Assembly: GCA_050015395.1 (NCBI GenBank)
Contig: JBEKBM010000010.1
Span: 25,267 to 89,266 of the forward strand
Origin: Candidatus Bathyarchaeia archaeon
GTDB lineage: Archaea > Thermoproteota > Bathyarchaeia > Bathyarchaeales > Bathycorpusculaceae
Length of the DNA: 64,000 nucleotides
Direction of reading: 5' to 3'
Part shown: positions 10,372 to 20,030 of the stretch, piece after piece
Layout: each line of letters begins with the position of its first letter
Numbering within the stretch: the first letter of the stretch is position 1
Translations under genes and position numbers: made by a program
The notes under the pieces: generated by a model
Seen by the model: the letters and a program-made list of their open reading frames with translations, nothing else
Told to the model about the DNA's origin: nothing
Database searches by the model: none

Positions 10372-10565
10372 AAATTAACACCTGCTTTAGAATATCGCTA
10401 TATTATTGAGAGATTATTCATTCTAATAAAGAATATCCAAAATTATGCCATAGCTTAGAGCGTACTTGTTAAGCATTAAAAATATTTGTTCACTTTAGCT
10501 TCCTGAATACCAAGAAGATCAACTTTTTAGGACTTTAGGTAATAGGGTAAAGAAATTTTGGAGCA

Positions 10566-11012
10566 CTAGACATATGAAATAGAATTTAAGTTTTTGAGAT
10601 GTTTCTTTATTTTCTTTGCCATATTGTCAAGTTTGACTCTCTCAACCTTTCTAAGGTCGCTGAAACTTGGCAGTTTTTGTCCTTCGAATCTTGGAACAAT
10701 GTGCACATGAAAATGGAATATGTCTTGGCCTGCAGCTTTGTCGTTTTGCTGAATAATGCTGATGCCATCAGCGTTAGTGGCTTTTTTAACTGCTGTAGAA
10801 ACTTGTTTAGCAACCGTGTGAACTTGGCTTAACTGGTCTTCGGGAATGTCGAAGATGTCAACGTAATGCTTTTTTGGAATAACAAGCGTGTGTCCCTCGT
10901 TTAATGGTCGTATATCAAGGAAAGCCATCACCGTTTCATCCTCGTAAATGATGCTTGCTGGAGCTTGTTTAGTTACTATTTTGCAGAATATGCAGGATTC
11001 GTCAAAGGTCAA
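10566..11012 (-). CDS. HIT-family nucleotide hydrolase
   Basis: CIFCKIV, GHTLVIPKKH and HFHVHIVPR histidine triad. Confidence 0.93.
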   Translation of the reverse strand: MTFDESCIFCKIVTKQAPASIIYEDETVMAFLDIRPLNEGHTLVIPKKHYVDIFDIPEDQLSQVHTVAKQVSTAVKKATNADGISIIQQNDKAAGQDIFHFHVHIVPRFEGQKLPSFSDLRKVERVKLDNMAKKIKKHLKNLNSISYV

Positions 11013-11103
11013 CCCGAGTCACCGTTAAACTATTAGCGCTTTTGCAATCAGTTTATATGTTAAGCTACTTCATATTCCTTTTACTAAATCAGAGGTTAAA
11101 AAA

Positions 11104-11391
11104 ATGACCGAGTTAGAAGATAAAGTACGCCAAGAAGTAGGCAAAGTGCAAGACCCAGAAACAGGACAAACATTCGATGAAATGCAAATGATCCAAAGCG
11201 TAAAAGAAACTGAACCCGGCACAGTCACAGTAGAATTCATACCAACCAGCCCATTCTGCCCCATAGCGTTCAAACTTGCAGCAGACATCAAAGCCGCAGC
11301 AAAATCAGTTCCAGGCATAAAAAAAGCAGTCGTTTACTGCCGCGGTCACGCGATGGAGCAGCAAATCAACGAAATGACCAATAAGCAATAA
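11104..11391 (+). CDS. DUF59/SufT-like Fe-S assembly protein
   Basis: VQDPETG...PTSPFCPIA motif. Confidence 0.85.
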   Translation: MTELEDKVRQEVGKVQDPETGQTFDEMQMIQSVKETEPGTVTVEFIPTSPFCPIAFKLAADIKAAAKSVPGIKKAVVYCRGHAMEQQINEMTNKQ

Positions 11392-11450
11392 AGCTAATTT
11401 TTCTTCAGTTCTTTTTTCAATTTTACCTTCTAAAATAAAAAAAGTTTGGG

Positions 11451-11750
11451 TTATCTAATGAATCCGCAGTTTCTATTGTGTGATTCTTCGCTGTCTATAG
11501 AATCACTGTAATCTCTAAAGCCTGTGTGAAGCTTCGCCCGAATTTCAAAGCGTAGCCTAGAAACACTTTTTGCATAACGCTTTATCATCATAAAAATATT
11601 GTTGAAGTTCATCTGCCTAGCAATCGCTAAGAAAGCAAACATACCGATTACTGCTAACATGTAGAGTGGATTGATTAAAACTACTATTAATCCGACTGTT
11701 CCAATCAGAGCAAGATAAATGATGCTTCTCAGTTTTCGCATATTTATCAC
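11451..11750 (-). CDS. hypothetical small membrane protein
   Basis: Two N-terminal hydrophobic segments; GGTGA RBS. Confidence 0.55.
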   Translation of the reverse strand: MINMRKLRSIIYLALIGTVGLIVVLINPLYMLAVIGMFAFLAIARQMNFNNIFMMIKRYAKSVSRLRFEIRAKLHTGFRDYSDSIDSEESHNRNCGFIR

Positions 11751-11898
11751 CGAAACTGCATTAGTGGAAGCTGCTTAAAGGTTTTTTGACCCGAAAAATT
11801 GACTGAAAAAATAATCCAACTATAAATTTATGCAAGAACGCAAAAAACGGTTAATTCTAAGCCTTTGGAAGAAATTAAGCGTTTCAGCAGCCAATTCG

Positions 11899-12666
11899 TT
11901 ATTTCATTCTGGTGAACGCCCAGATGCCAATTACCATCATAATCAAATCAAATAAGGCAATAATTCCAATGTCAAACCATAAAGATTGAATTTGAAAAGG
12001 TGCCCATGCTGCACCCAAAATAACGTTTCTTAACGCGTCAACACCGTAAGTTAATGGGTTTAATCTTGAGGCGATTTGCAGCCAGGTTGGAATACTTGCT
12101 CCTCTAAGGGGGAAAAGAGCACCGCTGAGGAAGAACAAAGGAAGGTTAATGAAGCTCTGTATTGTGCCGAAGCCTTCCAAACTTCCCATGAAACTGGCTA
12201 GCGTTAAGCCTATGCTGACCAAGCCAAAGGTGATGAGCAGCATGATGGGCAAGAGTTCGAGGAACGTAAATATGTTAAGCTTTATCCCTAACAGTAGACC
12301 AAGAACGAAAACGATTATCCCTTGAATTACGGCGTCGGTGCTGTCACCTATCATCTTACCTGTGAAGACCCATGTGCGCGAAATGGGTGCAACCAGTATT
12401 TCTTTCATAAAGCCAAATTCTCTGTCCCAGAGTACGGAAATTCCCATGAACATGGAAGTGAAAAGCAGGGTTTGCCCTATTATGCCTGGGAAAATGTACT
12501 GTAGATAATTCAGTCCTGCATATGGAAGAACCAAACGGACGCCCTCCCCGAATATAAATAGCCAAAGTAATGGCGTGACGAAACTGCTGACTATTCTGAC
12601 TCGGTCTCTCAGGTAACGTTTGACTTCTCGAAGCCAAAGAGTGTAGAAGCCCCTGATTTCAGTCAT
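11899..12666 (-). CDS. ABC-2 type exporter permease
   Basis: DREFGFMKEILVAP, LSGALFP and NPLTYGVDALR motifs. Confidence 0.92.
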   Translation of the reverse strand: MTEIRGFYTLWLREVKRYLRDRVRIVSSFVTPLLWLFIFGEGVRLVLPYAGLNYLQYIFPGIIGQTLLFTSMFMGISVLWDREFGFMKEILVAPISRTWVFTGKMIGDSTDAVIQGIIVFVLGLLLGIKLNIFTFLELLPIMLLITFGLVSIGLTLASFMGSLEGFGTIQSFINLPLFFLSGALFPLRGASIPTWLQIASRLNPLTYGVDALRNVILGAAWAPFQIQSLWFDIGIIALFDLIMMVIGIWAFTRMK

Positions 12667-13664
12667 CTCGCAGCCGCTCTCCTCCGTGCCTCGGCTAAGC
12701 CATGAAGTTCCTTGGTTGCGTCTGGGCGTATGGTTCTGCCTGTGTAGTGCAAGAATACGTCCTCAAGGTTTGGTTCGCGTAAACGGATGGATTCAACGTA
12801 TATTTTGTTTTGAGTCGCCGTGTCCACTATCCTCGGTAGCAGGCTTTTTCCGTTTTGCACCGTGATTTCTAACGCATCGTCAACTATCTGAGCTTTCTGA
12901 AGTCCCATTTTCTCGGTTATGATCGAGAGAAGAGCTTCAAGATTGTCTGCTTTAACTGTTATCACGTCGCCTTCGAGGGTTTCTTTCAATTTAGAAGAAG
13001 TGTCAAGAGCGATGATTTTTCCGTAATCCATTATGGCGATGCGGTCAGAAAGCCTATCTGCCTCATCCATATAATGCGTAGTTAAGACCACAGTTATGTC
13101 ATGGGCTTCTTTCAAGTCTCGGATGTATCTCCAAACGTGATCTCTAGTTTGTGGGTCAAGTCCTATTGTAGGTTCATCCAAAAAAAGAACCTTAGGATAA
13201 TGAATAAGCCCTCGGGCAAGCTCCAATCTGCGCCTCATCCCGCCGGAATAAGTTCGCGTAAGATCATCAGCCCTTTCATCTAGCTCAACCAATTTCAGAA
13301 CGCTATTGATTCGGTCGTTCTGTTCGCTTGTTGGAACTCCGTAGAGGTTGGCGTGCATGAGGAGATTTTCTCGCCCAGTCATTCTGTCGTCAACGCTTGG
13401 GTCTTGAAAAACTATGCCTATCGATTTTCGCACCTGCATAGCTTCCTTAACGATATCAAAGCCGTTGACCTTGGCAGTCCCGGAAGAGGGTTTCAGGAGG
13501 GTGCAGAGCATAGATATGCTGGTGGTTTTTCCGGCACCGTTGGGTCCAAGCAAGCCGAAGATTTCGCCAGACTCAACAGTAATATTCAGCCTATCAACGG
13601 CAGTGAACGAGCCAAACTTCCTTGTTAATTGACTAGTCTCAATAACGTTGCCCATTTCTGCCAC
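12663..13664 (-). CDS. ABC exporter ATP-binding protein (DrrA-like)
   Basis: GPNGAGKT, YSGGM, LDEPT and TTHY motifs. Confidence 0.94.
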   Translation of the reverse strand: MAEMGNVIETSQLTRKFGSFTAVDRLNITVESGEIFGLLGPNGAGKTTSISMLCTLLKPSSGTAKVNGFDIVKEAMQVRKSIGIVFQDPSVDDRMTGRENLLMHANLYGVPTSEQNDRINSVLKLVELDERADDLTRTYSGGMRRRLELARGLIHYPKVLFLDEPTIGLDPQTRDHVWRYIRDLKEAHDITVVLTTHYMDEADRLSDRIAIMDYGKIIALDTSSKLKETLEGDVITVKADNLEALLSIITEKMGLQKAQIVDDALEITVQNGKSLLPRIVDTATQNKIYVESIRLREPNLEDVFLHYTGRTIRPDATKELHGLAEARRRAAAR

Positions 13665-13780
13665 ACTGCGAACAGACGCATAAAAATGTGTTTAAGAACG
13701 CAACGTGGATATAATGGTTTTGCTGGAACAATTCGATAATGTTGAAAGCTAAAAAATACTTCTTTATTTCACTGAGTAAC

Positions 13781-13990
13781 ATGGCGGCTATGTTATTGGC
13801 TTTTTTGCCTACATGGGTAAAAGATGTGGCGATGTTTAACCCAATAAGCTACGCAGTAAACGCTATCTGAGCCCTCATGATCAATGGTTACGATTGGGGC
13901 ACGATACTGCCTGCTTGGGGCGTAATCGGGTTAGTCGTTGTTGTGACGTTGATCGCTACATTGTACCAGTTTAGAAAAGTAGTCAGCTAA
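13781..13990 (+). pseudogene. 3' remnant of a second ABC-2 permease
   Basis: LPTWVKDVAMFNPISYAVNAI*ALMINGYDW...FRKVVS*; internal TGA 13868-13870; 5' part missing. Confidence 0.75.
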
Positions 13991-14217
13991 GGGTAAACGT
14001 GAGCGTCCACATCAATTGACTTGTGTAACCGTTTAATTTTTACTTCAATCAACTCCGGAGCCTCAGCCGCATCCAGCCCTTTTAGCGATTTCGAAAACCC
14101 AGCCATAATGTTACCAATGGTTTCCTGCACAAAATTGTTCAAAGGCAACTTTTCACCATCAACAAACATCTCAGTTTCAAAACTCTTCTCCATAATCCTA
14201 TGTTTATTTTGTTCCAA
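13987..14217 (-). CDS. hypothetical protein
   Basis: 76-aa ORF with GGTGA RBS (VDGEKLPLNNFVQETIGN). Confidence 0.65.
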   Translation of the reverse strand: MEQNKHRIMEKSFETEMFVDGEKLPLNNFVQETIGNIMAGFSKSLKGLDAAEAPELIEVKIKRLHKSIDVDAHVYP

Positions 14218-14319
14218 AAAAATTCACCGATTAAACCTTTAATTTTAAGACTGATAAAGCCTTCTATTAGCTTAGCTATTAACGCTCCAGAAAGCAATCC
14301 ACTAAACAAGAGGGAGGAA

Positions 14320-14508
14320 ACTTTAGTTAGCCAAATAGCCCGACGAAAACTTGTTATCGCTTACCCTGATTAAACCGAATTGGATGCCTTTAAAAGAATG
14401 AGCGAAAGTGAAACAGGACGTGTGCTCGTTCGAGATAGGGCTGATCCAAAGAAACTTCTGGGCGTTGTAACTAAAATCGACCTAACGCGTACCTTAACGA
14501 TGCAGTAA
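14320..14508 (+). pseudogene. 3' remnant of a CBS-domain gene
   Basis: TLVSQIARRKLVIAYPD*TELDAFKRMSESETGRVLV...LLGVVTKIDL; TAA at 14371-14373. Confidence 0.7.
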
Positions 14509-14579
14509 GCGACCGCTAAATCACCTTTATTAAGTTAACAAGCCTTAATTTATTAATTGAGTTCAGGTGCCCGAATTTT

Positions 14580-15062
14580 ATGGTTGAATGCTCTGTAGAA
14601 AAAAAGCAAGGAACCAATTCTTTAGCACGTATTTTGTTGATTATAATAACTGTTGCGGCTGTCTTTGGCGTCGTTTTGAGTTTAATTTATCCAGAATTTA
14701 TTAACTTGCTGTCTGTAGGTGGCGCTATTTACAATGCGATTTATGTAGTGCTTACCGTGGCCGCTGATGCGCTCTATCTTTTCGGCGGTGGTATTATAGC
14801 TTTTGGCGCCATATTGGTAACGATCCGGTTTATTCAATGTAAACTCAAGGATCCTTTTCAAACATCATCTTCTACGCGGATCTTGTCAGGATATTTAACG
14901 TTAGGTCTGAACTTTTTTATTGGCGCAGAAATCATTCGTACAGTGGCTGTTAGAACTATTGGCGAGTTCGAATTGCTTCTTTTTGTAATTTTCAGCCGAG
15001 GTCTCTTCAGCTTGATTCTTTACTTGGAAAAAAGATGGCATGGGACAACTGAAACAGAATAA
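14580..15062 (+). CDS. DUF1622-like membrane protein
   Basis: LTLGLNFFIGAEIIRTV motif; several TM segments. Confidence 0.7.
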   Translation: MVECSVEKKQGTNSLARILLIIITVAAVFGVVLSLIYPEFINLLSVGGAIYNAIYVVLTVAADALYLFGGGIIAFGAILVTIRFIQCKLKDPFQTSSSTRILSGYLTLGLNFFIGAEIIRTVAVRTIGEFELLLFVIFSRGLFSLILYLEKRWHGTTETE

Positions 15063-15399
15063 ATCGCTTTTTTCCAATAATCTACTATATCCATTTGAGA
15101 CCATGGGTTTGCATTGTTTTAGTTGTTAAAACTTAAATCTGAGCGCAGTGCTTTATAGAGAACTAGCTCGGGGCAATATGGGAGAACAAAGAGCTGTCGG
15201 AGAGAGTATAGTTAGTAATCAGGCTGATGGCATTAATTTGGGGATAGACTGCCATCTGCCAATTACCCCAATGTTCTTCGTTTGCATAGTTTTTGTGCAG
15301 ATAACCTTATATACATTCATAATACCGCACTTGGATATAACAAGTGCAAATTTAACTCTATCCTTGAGGCAACTTTAATGATTAAGCGCAAAAGCATCA

Positions 15400-15744
15400 G
15401 TGGAGACATATCAAATGATTGTTGAAGCCCTCATCGCATTTACAATAATATTTATAGCAACATTAGTAATCTACACTTTAGGCAAAAGGTCAGCGCCAAA
15501 AACCACCATAAGCGAAAACGAGCAAGCATCATATGCTTGCGGAGAGAAAGCGTCATTTCCCGGGTTAAAAGTCAACGTATCACTATACAAGTACCTAATT
15601 TACTTCGTAATCTTTGACTCATCCGTACTATTACTCGCTTTTGCATCTTTCGCAATAGCAGGCACAAACCCGCTTTTCTTAATCCTTTACCTTGGTATAC
15701 TTCTTGCCGCATGCTTGGTTCTTTTAGAAGGAGGTAAAGACTAA
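15400..15744 (+). CDS. nuoA: NuoA-like membrane subunit
   Basis: SYACGE loop, YLIYFVIFD, three TMs; first gene of operon. Confidence 0.85.
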   Translation: METYQMIVEALIAFTIIFIATLVIYTLGKRSAPKTTISENEQASYACGEKASFPGLKVNVSLYKYLIYFVIFDSSVLLLAFASFAIAGTNPLFLILYLGILLAACLVLLEGGKD

Positions 15745-16310
15745 TGGCAAACATAATAACATGGGCACGAGTAAAATCACCATGGGTCTTACACTTCAAC
15801 TCAGGCGCCTGCAACGGATGCGACATAGAAATAGTCGCCTTACTTACACCAAAATATGACGTTGAACGGTTCGGCGTAAAACTCGAACCCTCACCAAGAC
15901 ACGCTGACGTCCTACTAGTAACAGGCTGCGTCACACAACAATGCGCAGAACGGCTAAAACGAGTATATGACCAAATGCCACAACCCAAATTCGTCGTAGC
16001 CATCGGTGCGTGTGCATGCTCAGGCGGCGTTTTTGCAGGAAACTACAACGTAGTTGGCGGTGTAGACAAAGTGATTCCAGTCACAGCGTACATACCTGGA
16101 TGCCCACCGCGTCCAGAGGCAATCTTGGATGGTGTAGTTAAACTTTTAAACGCCCTAAGTCCACCCAAACCAAAGAAGCAACCTAAACAAGTAAAAACTC
16201 CTGAATTGCCTAAGGAAGAGGCAAAGCCTGAGGTTGCAAAACCAGAAGCCGTAACCCAGCAAGAGGTTAAACCGATAGTTGAGGAGGCAAAACCAAACGC
16301 CAAACAGTAA
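15744..16310 (+). CDS. nuoB: Group 4 hydrogenase small subunit / NuoB-like
   Basis: GACNGCDIE, SPRHADVLLVTG, GACACSGG and PGCPPRPE motifs. Confidence 0.92.
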   Translation: MANIITWARVKSPWVLHFNSGACNGCDIEIVALLTPKYDVERFGVKLEPSPRHADVLLVTGCVTQQCAERLKRVYDQMPQPKFVVAIGACACSGGVFAGNYNVVGGVDKVIPVTAYIPGCPPRPEAILDGVVKLLNALSPPKPKKQPKQVKTPELPKEEAKPEVAKPEAVTQQEVKPIVEEAKPNAKQ

Positions 16311-17871
16311 CATAGACATTATTAACGTAATTGAAACCAAACTCAAAGACAAAGTCCAAATTCAACTAGGCCAACTTGGCAAAGCCGCAATAGTCACCAG
16401 CAATGGCTTACACAGAGACGTGCTCAAAGCAATGGTGGAGGCAGACGAGAAAACCGCTATCATAGCCATTACCGGTTTAGACCTTGGAGCAAACCTAGGC
16501 GTACTATACCATATTCGCACTTCAAACGCGTTCCTAACCATACGAGCAGAAGTGCCAAAGGACAACCCAAAAATTCAAACAGTAATCGACATTATTCCCG
16601 GCGCCGTATTTCATGAATTGGAAGTGTCTGACCTCTTAGGTGTAGTCTTCGAAGGGAACAGGCTCCCAGGACACTTTGTTTTATCAGAATATTGGCCTGA
16701 GGGCGTTTACCCCTTAAGGAAAGATGTTAAAGCAAGTGAAATAAAACTAAACCCGCCACCTCCTGAAGAAGAAAAACAACCGGAATATGGCAAAATCGTA
16801 AAAATCATTATTGGTCCACAGCACCCTGCACTATTGGAACCAGAAAAATTCGCCGTAACAGTTGATGGAGAAACTGTAACTAAAGTTGAACCCAGAATCG
16901 GCTACGTGCACAGGGGAATAGAAAAAGCAGCTGAATCACGCACTTACCTGCAAGATGTTTACTTGATTGAGCGAATCTGCGGCATATGTAACACCATACA
17001 TGCTTGTAACTTCGTTGAAGGTGTTGAAAAAATATTAAAAACTGAGGTTCCGCCAAGAGCCAAGTATCTGCGAGTAATAGCTTTAGAACTCAACCGGCTA
17101 CATAGCCACTTACTAACGTTGGGTCACGCAGGGTTAGAAATAGGTTATGAAACGTTGTTCCAGTATTTCTGGAGAGACCGAGAGCCAATCATGGATCTAA
17201 TTGAGTTAACCAGCGGTAACCGTGTTTACGCGTCACTCATGACTGTAGGCGGCGTAAGACGAGACCTAAAAGACACTGACCTCCCCAAAATCAAGACGAC
17301 CTTGGAGGACCTGAGGAAGAAGCTGCCGTTCTACAGGCAAATCTACCGGGACGAACCTTCAATAAAGGCTCGTATGCAAAAGGTGGGTGTACTTAAAAGA
17401 GAAGATGCATTAAAACTGTGCGTTGTTGGTCCAGTAGCCCGAGGATCAGGTGTTGACATTGACGTACGCAAGGATGAGCCTTATGAAGCGTATGGCGAGA
17501 TTCCATTCAAAGAGATAGTTTATACTGAGGGCGATACGTGGGCAAGAATGAATGTCCGTATGAATGAAGTTGAAGAAAGCATCAATATAATCGAGTACGC
17601 AATTGACCACTTGCCAACAGGGCCATTCCGAGTTAAGGCGCCGAGAGTTGTTCCTGCAGGTGAAGCTGTTAACCGGGTTGAAGCTCCAAGAGGCGAGCTA
17701 TTCTGCTACATTAAAAGCAACGGCACAGCCTTTCCAGAACGCGTCAAAGTGCGCACTCCAACATACGCTAACATTCCCGCCTTCCTCAAAACAGCAATAG
17801 GTGAAAACATAGCTGACGTTCCTCCGAACTTTGTTAGCTTAGACCCATGCTTCTCATGCACAGACAGATGA
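16279..17871 (+). CDS. Fused NuoC/D-like group 4 [NiFe]-hydrogenase large subunit
   Basis: NuoC part (ELEVSDLLGVVFEG...YPLRKD), GPQHP, GYVHRGIEK, L1 ERICGICNTIH and L2 DPCFSCTDR. Confidence 0.93.
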   Translation: MRRQNQTPNSNIDIINVIETKLKDKVQIQLGQLGKAAIVTSNGLHRDVLKAMVEADEKTAIIAITGLDLGANLGVLYHIRTSNAFLTIRAEVPKDNPKIQTVIDIIPGAVFHELEVSDLLGVVFEGNRLPGHFVLSEYWPEGVYPLRKDVKASEIKLNPPPPEEEKQPEYGKIVKIIIGPQHPALLEPEKFAVTVDGETVTKVEPRIGYVHRGIEKAAESRTYLQDVYLIERICGICNTIHACNFVEGVEKILKTEVPPRAKYLRVIALELNRLHSHLLTLGHAGLEIGYETLFQYFWRDREPIMDLIELTSGNRVYASLMTVGGVRRDLKDTDLPKIKTTLEDLRKKLPFYRQIYRDEPSIKARMQKVGVLKREDALKLCVVGPVARGSGVDIDVRKDEPYEAYGEIPFKEIVYTEGDTWARMNVRMNEVEESINIIEYAIDHLPTGPFRVKAPRVVPAGEAVNRVEAPRGELFCYIKSNGTAFPERVKVRTPTYANIPAFLKTAIGENIADVPPNFVSLDPCFSCTDR

Positions 17872-17877
17872 TAACAA

Positions 17878-18864
17878 ATGATTGACTTCGACTTAATCCT
17901 CCGAATATTAATCTTCCCTGGCTTCACATTTATACTTCTGTTAACTTTATTCTGCGATTGGGTTGAGCGAAAGCTCGAAGCCCGCTTACAAAACCGCGTT
18001 GGCCCCATGGTCGCAGGACCAGGTGGAATTCTTCAGCCATTAGCGGACTTCATAAAGCTGTTAACAAAAGAAGACATTGAACCAAGAGACGCTAAAAAAA
18101 CCGTTTTCAAGTTTGCACCCCTTATTGCCTTTACAATTATGGTTTTCGCAATATGCTTTTTACCTATTGATGGTGCAAGTGTGCTTTCCACAACCGGGTT
18201 TAATGGTGACTTAATCGTTATTTTGACATTCTCTACAATTGCTAGCTTTCTATTGTTCCTTTCAGGATGGGCATCATGCAATCCTTATGGCACTATAGGC
18301 TCAGCAAGAGTGTTAACCCAGTTCTTAGGTTATGATATACCGCTTTTCATGCTTGCGTTAACACCGGCATTTATCGCTGGAAGCTTAAGCATATTCGTCA
18401 TAGCTTCAAGCCAGACAATTCCATACATACTTTTGGCGCCATGGGCTTTCGTCCTGTTCATAATTGCTATGCAGGCGGAACTGGAAAAAGGTCCCTTTGA
18501 CGTCCCCGATGCAGAAAGCGAATTGGTCGGCGGATTAGAAACCGAATACACAGGCGCCAAATTAGCCTTCCTTCACTTGACACGTGACGTGCAAATTGTC
18601 TTCGGAGCAGCCTTGGTGGTTGAATTGTTCCTTGGCGGACCATACGGGCCAGTATTTTTTGGGTTGCCGGCGTTCTGGTATTCCTTGTGGTTTGTACTTA
18701 AGCTGTTGGCAGTCGTAATAGTTGCTGAGTATATAACAACCCTTTTTGCAAGATTGCGCATAGACCAGGTATTATCAGCTAACTGGAGGATAATCTTACC
18801 CGCAGCAATATTATCGCTAATGCTAACCGTAGCAATGGTAACATGGGTGTATCCGTTGGTGTAA
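17878..18864 (+). CDS. nuoH: NuoH/HycD-like membrane subunit
   Basis: ERKLEARLQNRVGP, QPLADFIKL and PFDVPDAESELVGG motifs. Confidence 0.92.
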   Translation: MIDFDLILRILIFPGFTFILLLTLFCDWVERKLEARLQNRVGPMVAGPGGILQPLADFIKLLTKEDIEPRDAKKTVFKFAPLIAFTIMVFAICFLPIDGASVLSTTGFNGDLIVILTFSTIASFLLFLSGWASCNPYGTIGSARVLTQFLGYDIPLFMLALTPAFIAGSLSIFVIASSQTIPYILLAPWAFVLFIIAMQAELEKGPFDVPDAESELVGGLETEYTGAKLAFLHLTRDVQIVFGAALVVELFLGGPYGPVFFGLPAFWYSLWFVLKLLAVVIVAEYITTLFARLRIDQVLSANWRIILPAAILSLMLTVAMVTWVYPLV

Positions 18865-18868
18865 AAAA

Positions 18869-19252
18869 ATGACGAAGACAAAAAAATCACGCATATCTCC
18901 AATGTGGAAAAGAACTGTTTCGCATATCTTCACCAAACCAGCCACAACAAAGTATCCCTTCGTGAAACCTCAGCTTCCCGATGACTTCCGAGGCCAACCA
19001 GTATTCGATATTAAATTATGCGTCAGTTGCGGTCTATGCAGCCGAGATTGCCCAGCAAAAGCCATTGAAATGGTTGAAGTTGAAGGCAAAAGACGCCCAC
19101 AATTCAAGCTGGACCAATGCATCTTCTGTTACCAATGTGCGGAAAGCTGCCCCAGAAACGCAATTAAAAGCTCAGTTTTCTACGAGTTAGCCACAACTGA
19201 TAAATCCTCATTAGTCATAAAGCCTCAAACAAGCGTTAAGAAAGGTGCATAG
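18869..19252 (+). CDS. nuoI: NuoI-like 2x[4Fe-4S] subunit
   Basis: CVSCGLCSRDCP and CIFCYQCAESCP. Confidence 0.92.
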   Translation: MTKTKKSRISPMWKRTVSHIFTKPATTKYPFVKPQLPDDFRGQPVFDIKLCVSCGLCSRDCPAKAIEMVEVEGKRRPQFKLDQCIFCYQCAESCPRNAIKSSVFYELATTDKSSLVIKPQTSVKKGA

Positions 19253-19254
19253 CA

Positions 19255-19716
19255 GTGATCCTTGAGGTCCTCTCAATAGGCTTAATAGTTTCCGCTTGCC
19301 TGGCACTGTTCCTTGACGAAGTTATGTATTCTGTTGCTGCTCTATCAGGAACTTTTCTTTTCACAGCATTACTGTACTATGTTAACGGTGCGGTTTATGC
19401 AGCTATTTTCCAGTTCGCCGTCGGTGTAGGCACATTAGCCATCCTGTTCTTATCAGGAGAAATGTTGAGTGATAAATCTACAAAGAAAACATCACCTAAA
19501 AAGACCGCAGCCTTGATTGGTGCAGGCGTAGTTTTAACATTGCCTGCAATCTTTCTTTCAGTTTCCAGCTCAACAGGAGTATATTCCGATGCTTCTTTTG
19601 GCGATGCCTTATGGAACTTAAGCGGCGTAGACGTTATTTTACAAGCTCTAGTTATTTTGACGGTAGCATTAGGAATCGCTATCATTTTGTATGAGCAGAA
19701 GAAAGGTGGGAAATAA
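19255..19716 (+). CDS. nuoJ: NuoJ-like membrane subunit
   Basis: Five hydrophobic segments; operon position. Confidence 0.78.
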   Translation: MILEVLSIGLIVSACLALFLDEVMYSVAALSGTFLFTALLYYVNGAVYAAIFQFAVGVGTLAILFLSGEMLSDKSTKKTSPKKTAALIGAGVVLTLPAIFLSVSSSTGVYSDASFGDALWNLSGVDVILQALVILTVALGIAIILYEQKKGGK

Positions 19717-20030
19717 TGGACTTTGTTATATTATCACTGGTAATGCTGGCAATCGGCATCTATGGCTTGCTAACTAATCGGCAGCTCTTGAAAGTCTTCA
19801 TTTCAATTGAGCTAATCGCTACTGCCGCAACGTTGAATTTTGTGATGCTTGCTTCTTCCGCGGGTCAAGGTTTAGGACAAGCCTTTCTGATATTGGCGTT
19901 TTCTACTGATACTGCCATTAGCGCGGTAATTCTGTCGTTGCTAGTTATTGTATCTAAAAAGTATGGAACAAGTAACATCAATGAAATACTAAAAATGCAA
20001 GAAAAAAGGGACAGTGAGGCTGAACAATAA
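19716..20030 (+). CDS. nuoK: NuoK-like membrane subunit
   Basis: IGIYGLL...FISIELI; three TMs. Confidence 0.85.
   Translation: MDFVILSLVMLAIGIYGLLTNRQLLKVFISIELIATAATLNFVMLASSAGQGLGQAFLILAFSTDTAISAVILSLLVIVSKKYGTSNINEILKMQEKRDSEAEQ

Noticed and set aside
9902-10378. 158-aa plus-strand ORF
   Set aside because: It is a composite of a short remnant and the antisense of the Cys-rich mini-gene.
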